Origin: Nitrospirota bacterium
GTDB taxonomy: Bacteria; Nitrospirota; Thermodesulfovibrionia; Thermodesulfovibrionales; JdFR-85
Length of the DNA stretch: 64,000 nucleotides
Direction of reading: 5' to 3'
NCBI GenBank assembly: GCA_011051565.1
Contig: DRKX01000089.1
Location: forward strand, 4,808-68,807
A program made the position numbers and the translations under genes. The notes below the pieces were generated by a model. It was not told where the DNA came from and made no database searches. It saw only the letters and a list, made by a program, of their open reading frames with translations. Positions within the stretch are counted from its first letter, which is position 1. The number at the start of each line of letters is the position of its first letter. This document shows, in pieces, positions 1-8,225 of the stretch.

Positions 1-1
1 C

Positions 2-619
2 ATCGCCGCAGCCGCGGCGGTCGTCTTCTACAACCGGAGCCTCAGCGAACAGGCCGAGTCCCTGCAGTACGAGGGCTACAAGCTCTACCACAACCTCTAC
101 CAGGGGGAGGAAAAGAAGGCCGACGAGGAGACCCTGAAAGAGGCCCTGGCGAGATTCGAGGCGGCATACCAGAAGAAGTCCTCGCCGATAACCCTCCTCT
201 ACATTGCAAACACACAGTTTGCGCTCGGCCGTAACGAGGAGGCGCTCAAGACACTCGACGAGTTCACAAGAAAGTATCCGCGCAACGAAGAACTACTCCC
301 GTTGGCCTACTACAAGATCGCCGCGATCCAGGCCAAGGAGGGCAGGCGTGAAGAGGCGCTCAAGACACTCGATACACTTTACGGGCTCAAGGCGAGTCCG
401 TTTCTGAAAGACGTCGCCCTCTACGAGTCGGCAGCCCTCCTCGAGAAGATGGGTAGGAAGGAGGAGGCACTCAAGCGGTACGAGGAACTCGTGGAGAAGC
501 ATCCCGGTTCGCCCTACTACCAGGCTGCTCTGGCCAAGGTGAAGGAAGAGGAGAAGAAGAAGGCCGAGAAGAAGGATGACTCAGGCAAGGGGAAGCCTTC
601 GGGGAAGAAGAGCAAGTGA
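2..619 (+). CDS. TPR-repeat protein, 5' end outside the window, with a Lys/Glu-rich C-terminal tail
   Basis: The frame is open from position 2 to the stop at 617-619. The translation starts IAAAAVVFYN (hydrophobic anchor). It continues with TPR-like helices (ALKTLDEFTRKYP, ALKTLDTLYG, ALKRYEELVEKHPGSPYYQAALAK) and ends in a KEEEKKKAEKKDDSGKGKPSGKKSK tail. The ORF track shows only the part after an internal TTG at 302. Confidence 0.55.
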   Translation: MAAAAAVVFYNRSLSEQAESLQYEGYKLYHNLYQGEEKKADEETLKEALARFEAAYQKKSSPITLLYIANTQFALGRNEEALKTLDEFTRKYPRNEELLPLAYYKIAAIQAKEGRREEALKTLDTLYGLKASPFLKDVALYESAALLEKMGRKEEALKRYEELVEKHPGSPYYQAALAKVKEEEKKKAEKKDDSGKGKPSGKKSK

Positions 620-626
620 CCTTGGC

Positions 627-2147
627 TCACTTCAGGGGCACGTAGATGATCGAGCCGGGCCTCAGCCTCGTGGGGTCGATCCCCCGGTTGAGTGCATAGA
701 GCGCCTTCTGCCTTATCCCGAGCCTCTTGGCTATGTCCCAGAGCGTGTCGCCCTTCCTGATGATATAAGGGGTCTTGGGGACGCTCAGGGCCTCCAGCGT
801 GTCGTCGGACGGAGGCAGGTAGAGTATCGAACCCGGCCTCAGCCTCTTCGGGTCGATCCCCCTGTTTAGTGCGTAGAGCTCCCTGCGCGTGACGCGGAAG
901 GTGTTTGCTATGTCCCAGAGCGTGTCGCCCTTCTTGATTATGTAGGGTATCTTCGGCATCCGCTCCTTGGGCGAGGCGTTGTTGAAGCACTCGGTGAACC
1001 TGCCTGCGGTCCCCTCGGGTATGCGGACCGTGTAGGTCCTGAGGTCCGGCGGTGTACACCACCTCTTCAGCTCGGGGTTCAGCTCCCGTATCTTCCTTAT
1101 CGTCGACTCCGTGCACTTGGCGATGAAGGAGAGGGAGACGGGGCTGTTGATCTCCACCTCGTCGAACCTCATGGGTTCGTGGTAGTCGATGTCGGTGAAG
1201 CCGTACTTCTCCGGCTCGGATGCGATCTTGCCGGCTGCTATGAACTTCGATACATAGTCCTTTGTCTCACGCTTGAGGTACCCGGTCCTGATGATGCGCC
1301 AGTAGCTGTCCGACCTCGTCTTGCGGAGCGCCCTCCTGATTCTGCCCTCACCTGCATTGTAAGCGGCGAGAGCGAGCGGCCATGAACCGAACCGGTTGTA
1401 CAGGTCTTTCAGGTAGCGTGCCGCCGCCACGGTGGACTTGATCGGGTCTCGTCTCTCGTCACGCCAGTAGTCCATCTTCAGGCCGTAGCTCCTGCCGGTC
1501 GACGGTATGAACTGCCACGGGCCCACGGCATGCGCGCTTGAGCGTGCATCCGTGCTGAAGCCGCTCTCTATGAGCGGCAGGTAGACGAGGTCTTCGGGCA
1601 GGTCGTTCTCTCTCAGTATCGCCTTGATCGTATCGAGGTACCTGCCGGAGCGCTGAAGCCATGTCGCGAAAGACCTCCTCTTGCGGGTGGTGTAGAGGTA
1701 TATGTGCCTCTCCACGAGGCTCCGGGCTGAATCGTCGTCTTTGTAGGAGGCGAGGAGCAGGAACTCACGCTTTGCAGGCCCGGACTCTCCAGGAGCGTCC
1801 GTGATCGGCTGCCTGCAGAGATAGGGCGTGAGCTCGGCTGCGGAGATGGACAAGAGGAAGTCGTCTATTGAAAGGCCTTTCAGCAGGCTGAACGTCTGCT
1901 CGAAGAGGCTGGACTGGACGAGATCGTCCACGACGCCGTTTAGAACGCCCTCTCCGGAGTCTGGCAACCGGACATCGTCCGAAGTGCCGCCCCATGCCTT
2001 GCCCTCGTGGTCTGAAATCATGCTGAGGATGAGGAGGGTGAGGAGGATTGCGATCCTGCGGCCCCTTCTTGACACGGGTCTCTCCGAAGCGGTCGAATTA
2101 CGGAAAATCATGATTTCTATATTAATTGAAGCGCGTTTTTTTGTCAA
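627..2147 (-). CDS. Membrane-bound lytic murein transglycosylase (MltD-like): SLT domain plus two C-terminal LysM domains
   Basis: SLT motifs are present (YLPLIESGFSTDARSSAHAVGPWQFIPSTG, ALAAYNAGEGRIRRA). There are two LysM repeats (YIIKKGDTLWDIANTF...LRPGSILYLP and YIIRKGDTLWDIAKRL...LRPGSIIYVP). The start is uncertain: TTG at 2147 or ATG at 2111 (MIFRNST..., signal-peptide-like). Confidence 0.85.
   Translation of the reverse strand: MTKKRASINIEIMIFRNSTASERPVSRRGRRIAILLTLLILSMISDHEGKAWGGTSDDVRLPDSGEGVLNGVVDDLVQSSLFEQTFSLLKGLSIDDFLLSISAAELTPYLCRQPITDAPGESGPAKREFLLLASYKDDDSARSLVERHIYLYTTRKRRSFATWLQRSGRYLDTIKAILRENDLPEDLVYLPLIESGFSTDARSSAHAVGPWQFIPSTGRSYGLKMDYWRDERRDPIKSTVAAARYLKDLYNRFGSWPLALAAYNAGEGRIRRALRKTRSDSYWRIIRTGYLKRETKDYVSKFIAAGKIASEPEKYGFTDIDYHEPMRFDEVEINSPVSLSFIAKCTESTIRKIRELNPELKRWCTPPDLRTYTVRIPEGTAGRFTECFNNASPKERMPKIPYIIKKGDTLWDIANTFRVTRRELYALNRGIDPKRLRPGSILYLPPSDDTLEALSVPKTPYIIRKGDTLWDIAKRLGIRQKALYALNRGIDPTRLRPGSIIYVPLK
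642..957. repeat. Tandem 177-bp internal duplication encoding the two LysM domains
   Basis: Copy A starts near 642 and copy B near 819, a period of 177 nt (59 codons). An identical 27-mer, gctatgtcccagagcgtgtcgcccttc, lies at 730-756 and 907-933. The flanking blocks (cggcctcagcctc..gggtcgatccc) are also conserved. Confidence 0.75.
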
Positions 2148-2252
2148 TCACGGCATTTATGTTAAAATGTAATTATTTCCAGTGTTTTGATTTGTGTTTG
2201 CAGGATTTCACGCATTCAGGCAGTGTGGAAGCGCGATTGCCTTTGGAGGGAT

Positions 2253-3029
2253 ATGGCAGAGGCCCTGAGACATCTGAGATGGCAGGATATTCTGGACATC
2301 ATTGTCGTGGCCGTTGTCCTTTACAGGGTGCTCCTGATAATAAACGGGACGAGGGCCGTCCAGATGCTGATAGGCCTTGGTGTCCTGCTCGGCGCCTTCT
2401 TCCTCTCCAGCTACCTCAAGCTCCACACCATGTACTGGATCATCCAGAGCCTGTGGGCCCAGGTCGTACTTGCGCTGATAATACTCTTCCAGCCGGAGAT
2501 ACGCAAGGCCCTCGCCCAGATGGGGGAGACATCGTTTCTGCCCTCCCTCACTTCGGCCTCAGAACTGAAGTCCCTCGAGGAGATAGTGAGGGCGACCGTG
2601 GCCCTGTCGAGCAGGAAGATAGGCTCGCTCATAGTGATCGAGAGGGATACGTCGCTCAAGGACTTCATAGAGATAGGGACTCCGCTCGATGCAAAGGTCT
2701 CGAAGGAGATCCTGCTCAGCATCTTTCACCCGAGTTCGCCGATGCATGACGGGGCCGTGATCATACGGATCGACAGGATCGTGGCTGCAGGCTGCTTTCT
2801 GCCGATAACCTTCAGAACCGACATAAGCCGGTCACTCGGCACGAGGCACCGGGCGGCGATCGGCATAACCGAGGAGACGGACGCCGTAGCGATAACGACC
2901 TCCGAGGAGACGGGCATGATCTCCTTCGCAATCAACGGAGAGCTGGAGACACACATGGACATGGGTCACCTGCGGGATATACTCACGGAGATATTCACCG
3001 AGGGGAAGAAGGGCAAGGGGAGGAGATGA
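2253..3029 (+). CDS. cdaA: Diadenylate cyclase CdaA (c-di-AMP synthase), membrane-anchored
   Basis: An N-terminal region with three predicted TM helices is followed by a DAC domain with DGA and RHR motifs (MHDGAVIIRIDRIVAAGCFLP, LGTRHRAAIGITEETDAVAITTSEETG). ATG 2253 is preceded by GGAGGG. The track ORF begins at an upstream TTG (2187). Confidence 0.9.
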   Translation: MAEALRHLRWQDILDIIVVAVVLYRVLLIINGTRAVQMLIGLGVLLGAFFLSSYLKLHTMYWIIQSLWAQVVLALIILFQPEIRKALAQMGETSFLPSLTSASELKSLEEIVRATVALSSRKIGSLIVIERDTSLKDFIEIGTPLDAKVSKEILLSIFHPSSPMHDGAVIIRIDRIVAAGCFLPITFRTDISRSLGTRHRAAIGITEETDAVAITTSEETGMISFAINGELETHMDMGHLRDILTEIFTEGKKGKGRR

Positions 3030-3676
3030 GGCAACTGCTCTTCAGGAACCTCGGTCTCAAGATACTCGCACTATGCCTCGCCGTTGTGCTCTGGTTCCTC
3101 ATTTCGGGCAGGGGGGTCTCGGAGATCACCCTCGAGGTGCCCATTGAGTACGTCAACATCCCGCCCGGCTACGAGATAGTGAAGAAGGACCGCGATACAG
3201 TGAGGGTGAGCCTCTTCGGCAGCGAGGTGGTGCTGAGGTCGATCAAGCCCGAGGACCTGAGGGTCTATGTCGACCTCAAGGACGCACAGCCTGCAGAGGG
3301 TTCCTACAGGATAAAGAAGCGCAACATAAAGGTGCCGCCGGCCCTGACCATCTCGAACGTGACCCCGCCGAGCGTGAACGTCGTGATAGAGAAGACGGTC
3401 AGGAAGGAGGTCCCGGTCCGGCCGGACATAACCGGTGAGCCTGCAGCCGGGAGGCACATAAGCGAGGTGACGATCAAGCCCGATCGGGTGGTGGTGGAAG
3501 GCCCGGAGAGTGTTCTGAGGAGGCTTACATACGTCAGGACCGAGCCCATAGACGTAACGGGTCTGGACAGTGACAGCGTGATGAAGGTGAACGTGGTATC
3601 GGATGTGACCGCTGCAAGGCTGATGACCGGAAAGGTCGATGTACATATCAAGATCAAGGAAGGTAACGAGAGATGA
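3026..3676 (+). CDS. cdaR: CdaR / YbbR-domain regulator of CdaA
   Basis: The gene has an ATGA overlap with cdaA. It has an N-terminal TM helix and repeated beta-rich YbbR-like modules (VPIEYVNIPPGYEIV..., VNVVIEKTVRKEVPV..., VTIKPDRVVVEGPESVL). It sits in the conserved cdaA-cdaR-glmM position. Confidence 0.75.
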   Translation: MRQLLFRNLGLKILALCLAVVLWFLISGRGVSEITLEVPIEYVNIPPGYEIVKKDRDTVRVSLFGSEVVLRSIKPEDLRVYVDLKDAQPAEGSYRIKKRNIKVPPALTISNVTPPSVNVVIEKTVRKEVPVRPDITGEPAAGRHISEVTIKPDRVVVEGPESVLRRLTYVRTEPIDVTGLDSDSVMKVNVVSDVTAARLMTGKVDVHIKIKEGNER

Positions 3677-5022
3677 GACTATTTGGAACTGACGGTATCC
3701 GCGGGCGTGTCAACAGGAGCCCGATGACCCCTGAACTGGTACTGAAGGTCGGAATGGCCGCGGCAAAGGTGTTGAGGAAAGAGGAGGGGAGAAACCTCGT
3801 CCTCATCGGCAAGGATACCCGCATTTCAGGCTATATGATCGAGAGCGCCCTGACATCCGGGATATGCTCGATGGGCATGAACGTCATACTCGTCGGTCCC
3901 ATCCCCACTCCGGGCATAGCCTTCCTGACGAGGACGATGAGGCTCGATGCAGGGGTGGTCATCTCCGCATCGCACAACCCGTTCGAGGACAACGGCATAA
4001 AGTTCTTCTCCTTCGACGGCTTCAAGCTGCCCGACAGTGTCGAGAGGGAGATAGAGTCCCTCGTCAAGGACGACGACTTCCTTGCAAAGAGGCCGACCGG
4101 TGCGTCGATAGGAAAGACCTACAGGCTCGAGGATGCGACCGGGCGGTACATAGAGTTCATCAAGTCCACCATCCCAAAGGGCATGAACCTCGAGGGACTC
4201 AAGGTGGTGGTTGACTGTGCCAACGGAGCGGCTTACAAGATCACCCCAGAGGTCCTTACCGAGCTCGGCGCCCGGGTCATCACCATCAACAACACCCCCG
4301 ACGGTACTAACATCAACCACTGCTGCGGCTCCACGGACCTCTCGCACCTGAAGGAGGAGGTGCTGCGAAACGCCGCGCATGTCGGGGTTGCACACGACGG
4401 TGACGCCGACAGGACCCTCTTCGTGGACGAGACCGGCAGGGAGGTCGACGGGGACAAGGTCCTGGCCGTCTGGGCCGTGGAGCTGAAGAAGGAGGGGAGG
4501 CTCAAGAATGACGCCGTGGTCGCAACGGTCATGAGCAACCTCGGCATCGAGCACTATCTCGAGAGAAAGGGGATCAAGCTCATAAGGACGAAGGTCGGCG
4601 ACAGGTTCGTGGTGGAGGAGATACAGAGGGGAGGATACAACCTCGGCGGTGAGCAGTCCGGCCACATCATCTTCTTCGACTACAACACGACCGGCGACGG
4701 CCCTGTCACCGCCCTCCAGATGCTATACCTCATGAAGAAGACCGGGGTGCCCCTGTCAGAGATGGTCTCGGACATATTCCTCTATCCACAGATACTCGAA
4801 AACGTGAGGGTGAAGAGGAAGGACGTCATCAAGAAACCCGGTGTCGTCAAGAAGATCAGGGAGGCCGAAAAGGTACTCGACGGCAAGGGACGGGTGCTGG
4901 TGAGGCCCTCGGGTACGGAGCAGAAGATCAGGGTCATGGTTGAGGGGAGCGACAGGGAGACCATCCAGGCCGTCGCCTCCGGGATCGTGAAGACGATACT
5001 CTCGGCAAGCGGCAAGGAGTAG
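3673..5022 (+). CDS. glmM: Phosphoglucosamine mutase
   Basis: The N-terminus is MRLFGTDGIRG. The active-site loop is GVVISASHNPFEDNGIKFF. The metal-binding motif is AHDGDADR. It has an ATGA overlap with cdaR. Confidence 0.95.
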   Translation: MRLFGTDGIRGRVNRSPMTPELVLKVGMAAAKVLRKEEGRNLVLIGKDTRISGYMIESALTSGICSMGMNVILVGPIPTPGIAFLTRTMRLDAGVVISASHNPFEDNGIKFFSFDGFKLPDSVEREIESLVKDDDFLAKRPTGASIGKTYRLEDATGRYIEFIKSTIPKGMNLEGLKVVVDCANGAAYKITPEVLTELGARVITINNTPDGTNINHCCGSTDLSHLKEEVLRNAAHVGVAHDGDADRTLFVDETGREVDGDKVLAVWAVELKKEGRLKNDAVVATVMSNLGIEHYLERKGIKLIRTKVGDRFVVEEIQRGGYNLGGEQSGHIIFFDYNTTGDGPVTALQMLYLMKKTGVPLSEMVSDIFLYPQILENVRVKRKDVIKKPGVVKKIREAEKVLDGKGRVLVRPSGTEQKIRVMVEGSDRETIQAVASGIVKTILSASGKE

Positions 5023-5079
5023 CCGTCAAGGTTCGGGTATCCGGGGGATCAGGCGGCGCACCGGGGTCTCAACCGCAGC

Positions 5080-7386
5080 ATGAGTCCGGCCCTTCCCTAC
5101 ATATGCTTCGTCTCAGGCATCGGGGCCTTTCTTCTGTGCCGGTACTTTCCGACCCTGACCCTCAGCCTCCTGTTGCTGCTACTGTCGATCCTCTTCAGGA
5201 ACTACGGCAGGCAGGCCGCGGTGTACGCCGCCGTGGTGCTCGCAGCCTTCGGCTATGCCTGGCTTAGGGACGTGCCTGCGCATGTGAAGCCTCCCGAGGT
5301 TCGCGCACCCGGGGAGGAACCCCGCGCCTTCTCGGGTGTTGTCTCAGGGCTGCCGGTCTCATCGCGCAGCGGATACATACAGGAGATACGGCTCCGGCAT
5401 CCTCGAACAGGACTGAAGAGTCTCCTCTCAACCGGAAGCCCGCTTGAGCCCGGCACGGTCCTTCAGGGATTTGCATACATGAGAATCAGCCAACCGCGCC
5501 GGAACCCCGGCGGCCGGTTCACGGAACCCGCGCTCTTTCTGAAGACCGAGGGCTCTCTCCTCTTGAGCAGGGCTGACTCCATCCGCTGGTTTCCGCAGCG
5601 CATGAGGTGGAGGCTGTACAGGTACTTCCAGGAGGAGTTCAGCCCGGGTGCAGCCGCCCTCCTGTCCGCCGTCGTGATCGGTCACAGGGGAGGCGGCGAC
5701 CGCGGTCTCTACGATGCATATGCCGGTGCCGGGCTCGCCCACCTCATGAGCATCTCGGGTACGCACTTCGGCCTCTTCACGCTCCTGTGCTTCTTCCTCG
5801 TCCGCCGGGCGGCGGGACGGCTGCCCTACGGGTGGCTCGTGCGGCTGACCGGCCGGCTGAGCCTCGACGAGGCCGCTGCCCTCTTCACGGCCCCCCTCGT
5901 GCTGCTGTACCTCATGCTTTCAGGAGGCCGCATACCTGCAGTCAGGTCCTTCCTGATGATAAACGTCTTTCTACTGGGACTCCTGACAGGCAGAAGGGGG
6001 TGGTGGCTCAACAGCCTCTTGTTCGCCGCTTCCGTCATCCTGCTGATCGATCCCGCATCCCTGAAGGCCGTCTCCTTCCAGCTCTCCTTTCTCGCGGTAT
6101 TCTTCATAGGCATCACCCTTGAGGCCTTCGAAGGGCATATCGAGGGGGCCGGCCCTGTGGCGCAGAGGTTTCTGAGGCTCCTCCTGGTCACGTCGGGTGC
6201 ATTGATCGGCACTTCACCGCTCGTCCTCTACTACTTCCACACCATCCCGACATTGGGCCTGCCTGCCAACCTCGTCTTCACCCCATTGGTCTGCTTTTCG
6301 ATCCTGCCTGCCGGGGTGTTCGGCTCCATGATCTACCTTGCGACCGGATACTTCCCCCTCAAGGGCCTGCTTCAGGGCATGGCGGAGGTCGTGAATTCCT
6401 CGGTCGCCGCCGTTTCCGGTATCGATTACGCCGCCGTCTCCATCGGGGCCTTTCCGGCGCCGCTCCTCATCTTCGTATATGCCGCAGCTTACCTTGCGCT
6501 GAAGAGGAGGCGCGCGTGGTTCCTCGTCAGCGCCTCTGCCTTGACGGCAGCCGCCCTCCTCAGTTTCGCCACTGCTGGTGGGAGTCTCCCGAGGGTGACA
6601 TTCCTCGATGTCGCCCAGGGCGATGCAGCGGTTGTCGAGACCTCGGACGGAAGGACCGTCGTGGTCGATACCGGCTACACCGGCAGGGAAGTAGTGGACT
6701 TCCTGCGGTACAGGGGCGTGAGAGAGGTGGATGCAGTCGTCATAACGCACTCTGACAGTGATCACTCGGGCGGTCTGTGGAACCTTCTGAGGTCCTTCCG
6801 GGTCAGGGAGGTCTGGGACAACGGCCGCATCGAGTACAGCCCGCAGCTTGGCCGGACGGTGCGCCGCAGGCGGCTTGAGGCCGGTGCCGTTCTGAGGTCC
6901 GGAGGGGCCGAATTCCTGGTGCTTCACCCCCCGAGGGGCTACTATGCCGAGGACAATGATTCCTCTCTGGTCCTGAGGTTTCAGGACCGCGGCCTCTCGG
7001 TCCTCTTTACCGGCGACATAGAGGCGGATGCCGAGGAAGTCCTCCTCGGACTCGGGAGCCGCCTCGCAAGCGACGTGCTCAAGGTGGCACACCACGGCAG
7101 CGCCACGTCGAGTACTACGCCCTTCGTCTCTTTGGTCAGGCCCCGGGCGGCTGTCATCAGCGTGGGTGCAGGAAACCCGTACGGCCATCCGCACAGGGCT
7201 GCACTCCGGAGGCTCTCGGGCATCGATCTCTTCAGGACGGACCTGAGCGGTGCAGTCGGGGTGAGCACCGCCGAGGCCGGAGGAGTCGTGGTGAAGCGGT
7301 TCGCGGACTTCAGGCTGAAGAGGGTGGAGGGTCTCGGCATGCGGGAGGAGTTCGAGAACCTCAGAAGATCAGTCCTTCTCTGGTAG
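5080..7386 (+). CDS. comEC: ComEC/Rec2 DNA internalisation channel with C-terminal metallo-beta-lactamase domain
   Basis: A polytopic competence domain (GLAHLMSISGTHFGLF) is followed by an MBL domain (VTFLDVAQGDAAVVE, VVITHSDSDHSGG, KVAHHGS). Confidence 0.85.
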   Translation: MSPALPYICFVSGIGAFLLCRYFPTLTLSLLLLLLSILFRNYGRQAAVYAAVVLAAFGYAWLRDVPAHVKPPEVRAPGEEPRAFSGVVSGLPVSSRSGYIQEIRLRHPRTGLKSLLSTGSPLEPGTVLQGFAYMRISQPRRNPGGRFTEPALFLKTEGSLLLSRADSIRWFPQRMRWRLYRYFQEEFSPGAAALLSAVVIGHRGGGDRGLYDAYAGAGLAHLMSISGTHFGLFTLLCFFLVRRAAGRLPYGWLVRLTGRLSLDEAAALFTAPLVLLYLMLSGGRIPAVRSFLMINVFLLGLLTGRRGWWLNSLLFAASVILLIDPASLKAVSFQLSFLAVFFIGITLEAFEGHIEGAGPVAQRFLRLLLVTSGALIGTSPLVLYYFHTIPTLGLPANLVFTPLVCFSILPAGVFGSMIYLATGYFPLKGLLQGMAEVVNSSVAAVSGIDYAAVSIGAFPAPLLIFVYAAAYLALKRRRAWFLVSASALTAAALLSFATAGGSLPRVTFLDVAQGDAAVVETSDGRTVVVDTGYTGREVVDFLRYRGVREVDAVVITHSDSDHSGGLWNLLRSFRVREVWDNGRIEYSPQLGRTVRRRRLEAGAVLRSGGAEFLVLHPPRGYYAEDNDSSLVLRFQDRGLSVLFTGDIEADAEEVLLGLGSRLASDVLKVAHHGSATSSTTPFVSLVRPRAAVISVGAGNPYGHPHRAALRRLSGIDLFRTDLSGAVGVSTAEAGGVVVKRFADFRLKRVEGLGMREEFENLRRSVLLW

Positions 7387-7828
7387 GCAGGTAGGTCTCG
7401 ACCACCATCCACTTCATGCGTTCTTTCTTCAGCGTGAGGAAGACCGACTCGTAGACTTCCTCGGTGCCGAGTATGTATTCCCTGTCGCCGTCTCTTATCC
7501 CCACCGCCTTGAGCAGGAACTTCGCCTCGGCCGTCCCGGCTTCGGAGTCGACATCGACCCGCAGCCGCTTCAGGTCGATCTCGAAGGAGTCGTAGTTCTC
7601 GAACAGCCGCTTGAGCGACTCCTTGAGATAGAGGTATGAGAATCCGTAGCGGTCCCTGTAGTTGTAGGAGACGAGGGCCATCACCGCCTGCAGGTCCTTC
7701 CGCGCAACCGCATCCCCGCCCTGCCTGACGAGCTTCCTGATCCTCTTTGCATCAGAGGGTGTCAGGAGGTATACGGCGAGCGGGACGGAGACCAGCAGAA
7801 TCAGTATGATCACGGTCCTTCTTCGCAT
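7361..7828 (-). CDS. Hypothetical membrane-anchored protein (possible NTF2-like fold)
   Basis: The likely start is MRRRTVIILILLVSVPLAVYLL, a single TM helix. The remainder alternates beta and alpha elements with no motif I recognise. The 3' end overlaps the comEC 3' end convergently by 26 nt. Confidence 0.4.
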   Translation of the reverse strand: MRRRTVIILILLVSVPLAVYLLTPSDAKRIRKLVRQGGDAVARKDLQAVMALVSYNYRDRYGFSYLYLKESLKRLFENYDSFEIDLKRLRVDVDSEAGTAEAKFLLKAVGIRDGDREYILGTEEVYESVFLTLKKERMKWMVVETYLPTREGLIF

Positions 7829-8017
7829 CACCTCGGTCCCATGTCTGAAACCCGGCTCGACTCGATACCATAAAAGTAGCACATCGGCCCCGAACAATCA
7901 AGGTGCCGCCAAACGAGGGAGTCAGCCCCCTCGGGCCCGCCCGGTTCGTCCAGGCCGCTGCTTTTTCAGGGCGGTGACGTCACGGCCCCTCAATCCACTC
8001 CTGTCGCCTGCACACAC

Positions 8018-8046
8018 TTGTCTGTTGCTCGTAAATCTGATATAAT
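8018..8046 (+). promoter_or_regulatory. Putative sigma70-type promoter upstream of selA
   Basis: TTGTCT (8018-8023), a 17-nt spacer, then TATAAT (8041-8046). This implies a leader of about 170 nt before the selA ATG. Confidence 0.35.
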
Positions 8047-8225
8047 CCATGATGGCCGCTCCCAGGGTATGCTTTTGGCGCATCCGGATGCCTCGAACAC
8101 GTGAGGGAAGGATCACAGACAAGCGAGGGGAGACCGGATGAACCCTACATCGAGAGGCAGCAGCTTCTTGCAGGGAGACTTCCCTCGGCGGACTGTGACA
8201 AGGAGAGAACCGTCAGGAATACCGG

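Noticed and set aside
5080-7386. ComEC, together with ComF at 30180-30890, was considered as a competence island.
   Set aside because: The two genes are 23 kb apart, each embedded in housekeeping operons, and no comEA, pilin or dprA gene is nearby. This is the usual scattered arrangement.
8047-8225. The ~170-nt selA leader was considered as a possible structured housekeeping RNA (SRP RNA, 6S or riboswitch).
   Set aside because: I could not find the SRP helix-8 consensus or any riboswitch core I recognise. It is probably just a 5' UTR or divergent promoter region.
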